Assembly: GCA_031272365.1 (NCBI GenBank)
Contig: JAISTX010000013.1
Location: 256-64,255 of the forward strand
Length of the DNA stretch: 64,000 bases
Direction: 5' to 3'
From: Eubacteriales Family XIII. Incertae Sedis bacterium
Lineage (GTDB): Bacteria; Bacillota; Clostridia; Peptostreptococcales; Anaerovoracaceae
A program made the position numbers and the translations under genes. Below, piece by piece: positions 56,151 through 64,000 of the stretch; positions within the stretch are counted from its first letter, which is position 1, and every line of letters starts with the position of its first letter. The notes beneath the pieces are model-generated. The model was not told where the DNA came from. It made no database searches and saw only the letters and a list, made by a program, of their open reading frames with translations.

Positions 56151-56785
56151 TGGAAGGCAAATCCGCAAAAGAGATCATCGCGCAGCGCGTCGCCAAGGAG
56201 TTCAAGCAGGGCGACGTCATCAACCTCGGCATCGGCCTCCCGACGCTGGCGGCCAGGTACATGCCGGAGGGGATGGACGTCTTCCTCCAGGCGGAGAACG
56301 GCATCGTCGGGCTCGGCGCGGTCACGGACGACACGAGCGACCAGCTCCACATCGTCGACGCGGGCGGCCAGCCCTCGATCGCCCGCCCGGGCGGCAGCTA
56401 CATCGACTCGGCGACGAGCTTCGGGCTCATCCGCGGCGGGCACGTGGACGTGACCGTCCTCGGCGCGCTCGAAGTGGACGAGAAGGGCAACCTGGCCAAC
56501 TGGATCATCCCGGGCAAGATGGTGCCGGGCATGGGCGGCGCGATGGACCTCGTCGTCGGCGCGAAGAAGGTCATCATCGCGATGACGCACACGCAGAAGG
56601 GCGCCCCGAAGATCCTCAAGGAGTGCACGCTCCCGCTCACGGCCGTGGGCGTGGTGGACATGATCATCACGGAGATGGGCGTCATCGAGGTGGGGCCTGA
56701 CGGCCTCGTCCTGACGGAGGTGAACGAGGGCTACACGGCCGAGGACGTGCAGGCGGCCACGGCCGCGCCGCTCATCGTCATATAG
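56147..56785 (+). CDS. 3-oxoacid CoA-transferase subunit B
   Basis: INLGIGLPT ... [11 protein letters not shown] (catalytic Glu context). Confidence 0.88.
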   Translation: MMEGKSAKEIIAQRVAKEFKQGDVINLGIGLPTLAARYMPEGMDVFLQAENGIVGLGAVTDDTSDQLHIVDAGGQPSIARPGGSYIDSATSFGLIRGGHVDVTVLGALEVDEKGNLANWIIPGKMVPGMGGAMDLVVGAKKVIIAMTHTQKGAPKILKECTLPLTAVGVVDMIITEMGVIEVGPDGLVLTEVNEGYTAEDVQAATAAPLIVI

Positions 56786-56789
56786 GTGG

Positions 56790-56818
56790 TTGACAGAAGC
56801 TACGATTTCGGCTAATAT
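56790..56818 (+). promoter_or_regulatory. near-consensus sigma-A promoter TTGACA-17-TAATAT
   Basis: gTTGACAgaagctacgatttcggcTAATAT. An 11-bp inverted repeat (tttcggctaat at 56806-56816 and attagccgaaa at 56834-56844) overlaps the -10. Confidence 0.65.
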
Positions 56819-56858
56819 GCTATTGAGATACAAATTAGCCGAAACGGAGGGAGCGATA

Positions 56859-58082
56859 TTGTTTTACCAACGCCACGCAGACGAGACCATCCGGAAGCTA
56901 TCAAAGATGTTTGGCGCGGTGCTCGTCACAGGAGCGCGTCAGGTCGGGAAAACCACGCTTTTGAAAGAGGTCGCAAGCGAAGCGGGCTACGTTACGCTTG
57001 ACGACAAACTCCTGCTGATGAGCGCAATCAGCGAAAGCGGCACGTTCTTCAAGGACAACCCGCCGCCTATTTTTGTGGATGAGGTACAGTACGCGCCGAA
57101 TCTCTTTCCACAGATCAAAATCATATTGGACAAAGAGAAACGAAAAGGGCAGTTTTATCTTTCCGGCTCACAGCAGTTTGCGATGATGAAAAATGTCAGT
57201 GAATCTTTGGCAGGACGAATTGGCATACTGAATCTTCCCTGCCTGTCTATGCGCGAACTTTATGGTATATCATGCAACACGCCGTTCCTGCCGACCGGCG
57301 ACTATTTCAGAGAGCGCGAGAAGGAAATAGCATACATCGCCTATTCCGATGTATGGGAAGCTATTCATCAGGGCGGCTTTCCGGAGTTATGCGCCAATCC
57401 AGATTTTGATTGGCGGATGTTCTTCGCCGCATATGTCAAGACGTATCTGGAACGCGATGTGCGCGATCTGGCGCAAGTAGGCGACGAAGTGAAATTTTTG
57501 CAGTTTATGACGGTTGCGGCGAGCTTGACGGGTAGCTTGCTCAACCTCGCGTCTATTGCAAGGGATGTGGGCATCAGCCAGCACACCGCTGAGCGGTGGT
57601 TGTCCATCCTGGTGGCGTCAAACCTGGTCTATCTACTCCCACCGTATCGCAACAACATCACAAAGCGGACGCTCAAAACGCCGAAGTTGTATTTTTTGGA
57701 TACCGGACTTGCAGCCTACCTCACAAGATGGACCACGCCGGATGTCCTGAAAAATGGGGCGATGGCAGGCGCGTTCTTTGAAACATTTGTGGTTTCGGAA
57801 ATCATCAAGAGCTACGCCAACGCCGGTATCCTTGACTTTCCGTTTTATTTTTATCGCGACCGCGACGGAAGAGAAATAGATTTGTTGATTGAGAACGGGG
57901 GTACGCTCTATCCGATAGAAATCAAAAAACACGCCGACCCCACGAAATCTGATGTGCGCACATTTTCCATCTTGGACAAGATTCCGGGCATGCGCCGAGG
58001 TACGGGCGGCGTGGTTTGCCTTTACGAGAACCTGATTACGCTTTCCGGCGAAGACAAGGTAATACCTGTTGCGCTTCTGTAG
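56859..58082 (+). CDS. AAA-family ATPase with a DUF4143-type C-terminal domain (COG1373-like); visibly lower GC than its neighbours
   Basis: Walker A VTGARQVGKTTLL. A TTG start at 56859 follows a GGAGGGAG Shine-Dalgarno; the annotated ORF start at 56790 lies inside the promoter. Confidence 0.75.
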   Translation: MFYQRHADETIRKLSKMFGAVLVTGARQVGKTTLLKEVASEAGYVTLDDKLLLMSAISESGTFFKDNPPPIFVDEVQYAPNLFPQIKIILDKEKRKGQFYLSGSQQFAMMKNVSESLAGRIGILNLPCLSMRELYGISCNTPFLPTGDYFREREKEIAYIAYSDVWEAIHQGGFPELCANPDFDWRMFFAAYVKTYLERDVRDLAQVGDEVKFLQFMTVAASLTGSLLNLASIARDVGISQHTAERWLSILVASNLVYLLPPYRNNITKRTLKTPKLYFLDTGLAAYLTRWTTPDVLKNGAMAGAFFETFVVSEIIKSYANAGILDFPFYFYRDRDGREIDLLIENGGTLYPIEIKKHADPTKSDVRTFSILDKIPGMRRGTGGVVCLYENLITLSGEDKVIPVALL

Positions 58083-58181
58083 TCCACACGGCCGCGCCGC
58101 TCCATGCCGCCCATGCTACAAAATGACGGAAAAGCATTCTGAAAATTCCGTTATTTTTTCGCTTTTGGGGCCTGTTTTGCC

Positions 58182-58211
58182 TTGACACCGGCCATCCAAT
58201 AGTGGTAGAGT
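58182..58211 (+). promoter_or_regulatory. candidate atp operon promoter TTGACA-18-(TGg)TAGAGT
   Basis: cTTGACAccggccatccaatagTGgTAGAGT. Confidence 0.45.
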
Positions 58212-58235
58212 AAGCGACAAATCAAAAAAAAGAGG

Positions 58236-58793
58236 TTGGTTGCTATTTCGATACTTAGGAGAGAAAATTTACGCTATTCGGTGCTGGCGGCAGGGCTTGC
58301 AGAGCTTGTCTCGCTGGCATTTCTGGGCGTCAACGCCCTCTTCCCGTACGGCCTTGCCCTCGGCACGGCCGTCGCGCTCATCTGCATGCACCTGCTGGCG
58401 GTTTCCATCGAGCAGGCCATGCGCGCAAGGCGCAGGGGGGCCGTCATCACGGGCTATATCCTACGAATCGTACTATACGGGGGCGCGCTGTTCCTGGCGT
58501 TCCGCACCTCGGACGTGGCGGGGCTGGGCTGCGTGGTCGGCCTGCTGCTCCCCCGGCTCATGCTGCCGGTGCAGCTGTTCGCCGTGCCGAAGGTGCTCTC
58601 TCTCGCCGGGAAGCGGCCGCAGGAATCCTTCCGCTACGAGGCCTACACGAAGAGCCGGATGTTCGAGAAGGAGCCGCGCATCGTCCTCTACAAGAGGGGC
58701 CGCGCCTACATGACGCACCGGCATTTCGTCAAATACCGCCGCGTGCCGCAGGGGCCGGAGGCATTCTCGCGAGGTAAGAACGCATGGAAATGA
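58236..58793 (+). CDS. atpI: ATP synthase protein I-like membrane protein with a basic C-terminal extension (TTG start)
   Basis: Hydrophobic helices, and the position immediately upstream of atpB. Confidence 0.6.
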   Translation: MVAISILRRENLRYSVLAAGLAELVSLAFLGVNALFPYGLALGTAVALICMHLLAVSIEQAMRARRRGAVITGYILRIVLYGGALFLAFRTSDVAGLGCVVGLLLPRLMLPVQLFAVPKVLSLAGKRPQESFRYEAYTKSRMFEKEPRIVLYKRGRAYMTHRHFVKYRRVPQGPEAFSRGKNAWK

Positions 58794-59533
58794 ACCTGGG
58801 CCCGCGCGTCATCATCATGTTCCCGAACGGCTTCTATATCACGGAGACCGTGGTCTGGGCGGTGATCGTCGCGGTGGGGATGATCCTCTACGCGGTCCTC
58901 TCGACGCGCCGCATGGAGAAGGTCCCCCGGGGCATACAGGTCGTCAACGAGATGATCGTCGAGACCGTCTACAATTTCGTGAAGAACACGATGGGGCCGC
59001 ACTGCAAGGCGTTTGCGCCGTACATCGGCACGCTCTTCCTCTTCCTCATCATCAACAACGCGCTGGGCATGCTGCCGGGCGCCAACGGGGCGCCGAGCCG
59101 CGCCGCGACGGCGGACATGAACTTCACCTTCGCGATGGGCGTGCTCGTGTTTTTCCTGATCCAGATCAATTCCATACGCAGCAAGGGCGGCCTCGGCTAC
59201 ATCAAGCATTTCGCCGAGCCGCTGCCGTTCATGGTGCCGCTGAAGATCCTCGAGGAGGTCACGTTCCCGATCAGCCTGTCCTTCCGTATCTTCGGCAACA
59301 TCCTCGCGGGCGTCATCATCATGGACCTGTTTTTCCACCTGATGCACTTCCTCAGCGAGAAGGTGCTCGGCGCGTTCGGCGAGCAGGTGCCGGTCTTCCA
59401 GGCCGTCATCCCGCTGTTCCCGAACGCTTTCTTCGACATGTTCGAGCCGTTCCTGCAGGCGTTCGTGTTCTGCATGCTGACGATGTCGTTCATCGGGCGC
59501 GCGGTGGCGCCGCACGAAGAGCACGCGGCATAG
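58784..59533 (+). CDS. atpB: F0F1 ATP synthase subunit a
   Basis: ISLSFRIFGNILAG (essential Arg). Confidence 0.92.
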   Translation: MEMNLGPRVIIMFPNGFYITETVVWAVIVAVGMILYAVLSTRRMEKVPRGIQVVNEMIVETVYNFVKNTMGPHCKAFAPYIGTLFLFLIINNALGMLPGANGAPSRAATADMNFTFAMGVLVFFLIQINSIRSKGGLGYIKHFAEPLPFMVPLKILEEVTFPISLSFRIFGNILAGVIIMDLFFHLMHFLSEKVLGAFGEQVPVFQAVIPLFPNAFFDMFEPFLQAFVFCMLTMSFIGRAVAPHEEHAA

Positions 59534-59548
59534 TGGATGGAGAGTTGA

Positions 59549-59854
<306 letters not shown>

Positions 59855-59866
59855 AGAGGAAGGCCG

Positions 59867-60471
59867 ATGCGGAAAAAGGCTATACGGGCAGCGGCGCTCT
59901 GCCTCTTCCTCGCCCCCCTGCTCACGGCGTGCTCGACGGCGAGCGAGAGCGGCACGGGCGAAAACGGCGAGGTGATCTACACGACGTCGCTGATCGGCTT
60001 CGACTGGACGTTCGTGATGATCCTCATCTCGTTCGCCGTGCTGTACTTCGTCTTCAAGAAGTACTTCTTCGACCGCGTCCATGGCTTCATGGAGGCGCGC
60101 GCGCAGAAGGTCCAGGACCAGTTCGACAGCGCGGAGGCCAAGGAGCAGGAGGCCGAAGGCCACCTCGCGGAGTACAAGGGGAAGCTGGACGGCGTCGAGC
60201 TGGAGCGCAGGGAGATCCTCAAGCAGGCGAAGGCGAAGGCGGACGCGCGCGCGGCGGAGATCGTCTCCGAGGCGAACGACAAGGCCCAGGCCATCCTCGC
60301 GAAGGCCGAGAAGGACATCGAGCGCGAGCGCAAGGAGGCGGCCGAGGCGATGAAGGACCAGGTGGCGCTGCTCGCGATCTACGCGGCGGAGCGCATCCTC
60401 GAGAAGGAGCTGGACGAGAAGCAGCAGCTCAAATTCGTCGATGAGATCCTGAAGGAAAGCGGCGTGGAGAC

Positions 60472-60484
<13 letters not shown>
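59867..60484 (+). CDS. atpF: F0F1 ATP synthase subunit b, with an N-terminal signal peptide and lipobox-like extension
   Basis: TM segment WTFVMILISFAVLYFVF, then a long charged helix. N-terminus: MRKKAIRAAALCLFLAPLLTAC. Confidence 0.85.
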
Positions 60485-62537
<2,053 letters not shown>

Positions 62538-62539
62538 CG

Positions 62540-64000
<1,461 letters not shown>

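Overview
The window is visibly GC-rich (not computed) and its gene content looks like a Firmicutes/Clostridia chromosome (lineage inferred, low confidence). It spans the replication origin. Gene orientation flips at about 19.7 kb. To the left, nearly everything is on the minus strand: dnaA, dnaN, recF, rpmH, rnpA, yidD, yidC, jag, mnmE, rsmG, parA, parB, rnhA, rlmH. From 19957 to 40965 everything is on the plus strand: gyrB, gyrA, a SigB-type partner-switching operon, trpS, a type II R-M pair, an OmpA-domain lipoprotein, gatCAB, and a MacAB-like efflux system. DnaA-box clusters flank dnaA, and two perfect parS sites sit upstream of parA. The right third carries transporters (ABC-2, CDF, BioY), mobA, a LysR-controlled catabolic operon built around a BKACE enzyme and a CoA-transferase, a lower-GC AAA-ATPase gene, and the F-type ATP synthase operon (atpIBEFHAGD, atpD truncated at the window end).

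The most unusual observations are:
1. gatB and a complete bacterial-type aspS form one uninterrupted reading frame joined by a low-complexity linker. This could be a covalent transamidosome.
2. A roughly 275-bp imperfect palindrome resembling a MITE or Rickettsia palindromic element sits in frame inside mnmG.
3. The dnaA-dnaN-recF block is transcribed away from gyrB, with the probable oriC between dnaA and gyrB.
4. A 7-bp microsatellite overlaps the 3' end of yidC, and an Arg-Asp dipeptide-repeat linker lies inside Jag.
5. An orphan catabolic cluster for an unidentified beta-keto acid is present.

All calls come from reading the sequence and ORF translations by eye. No searches were run.
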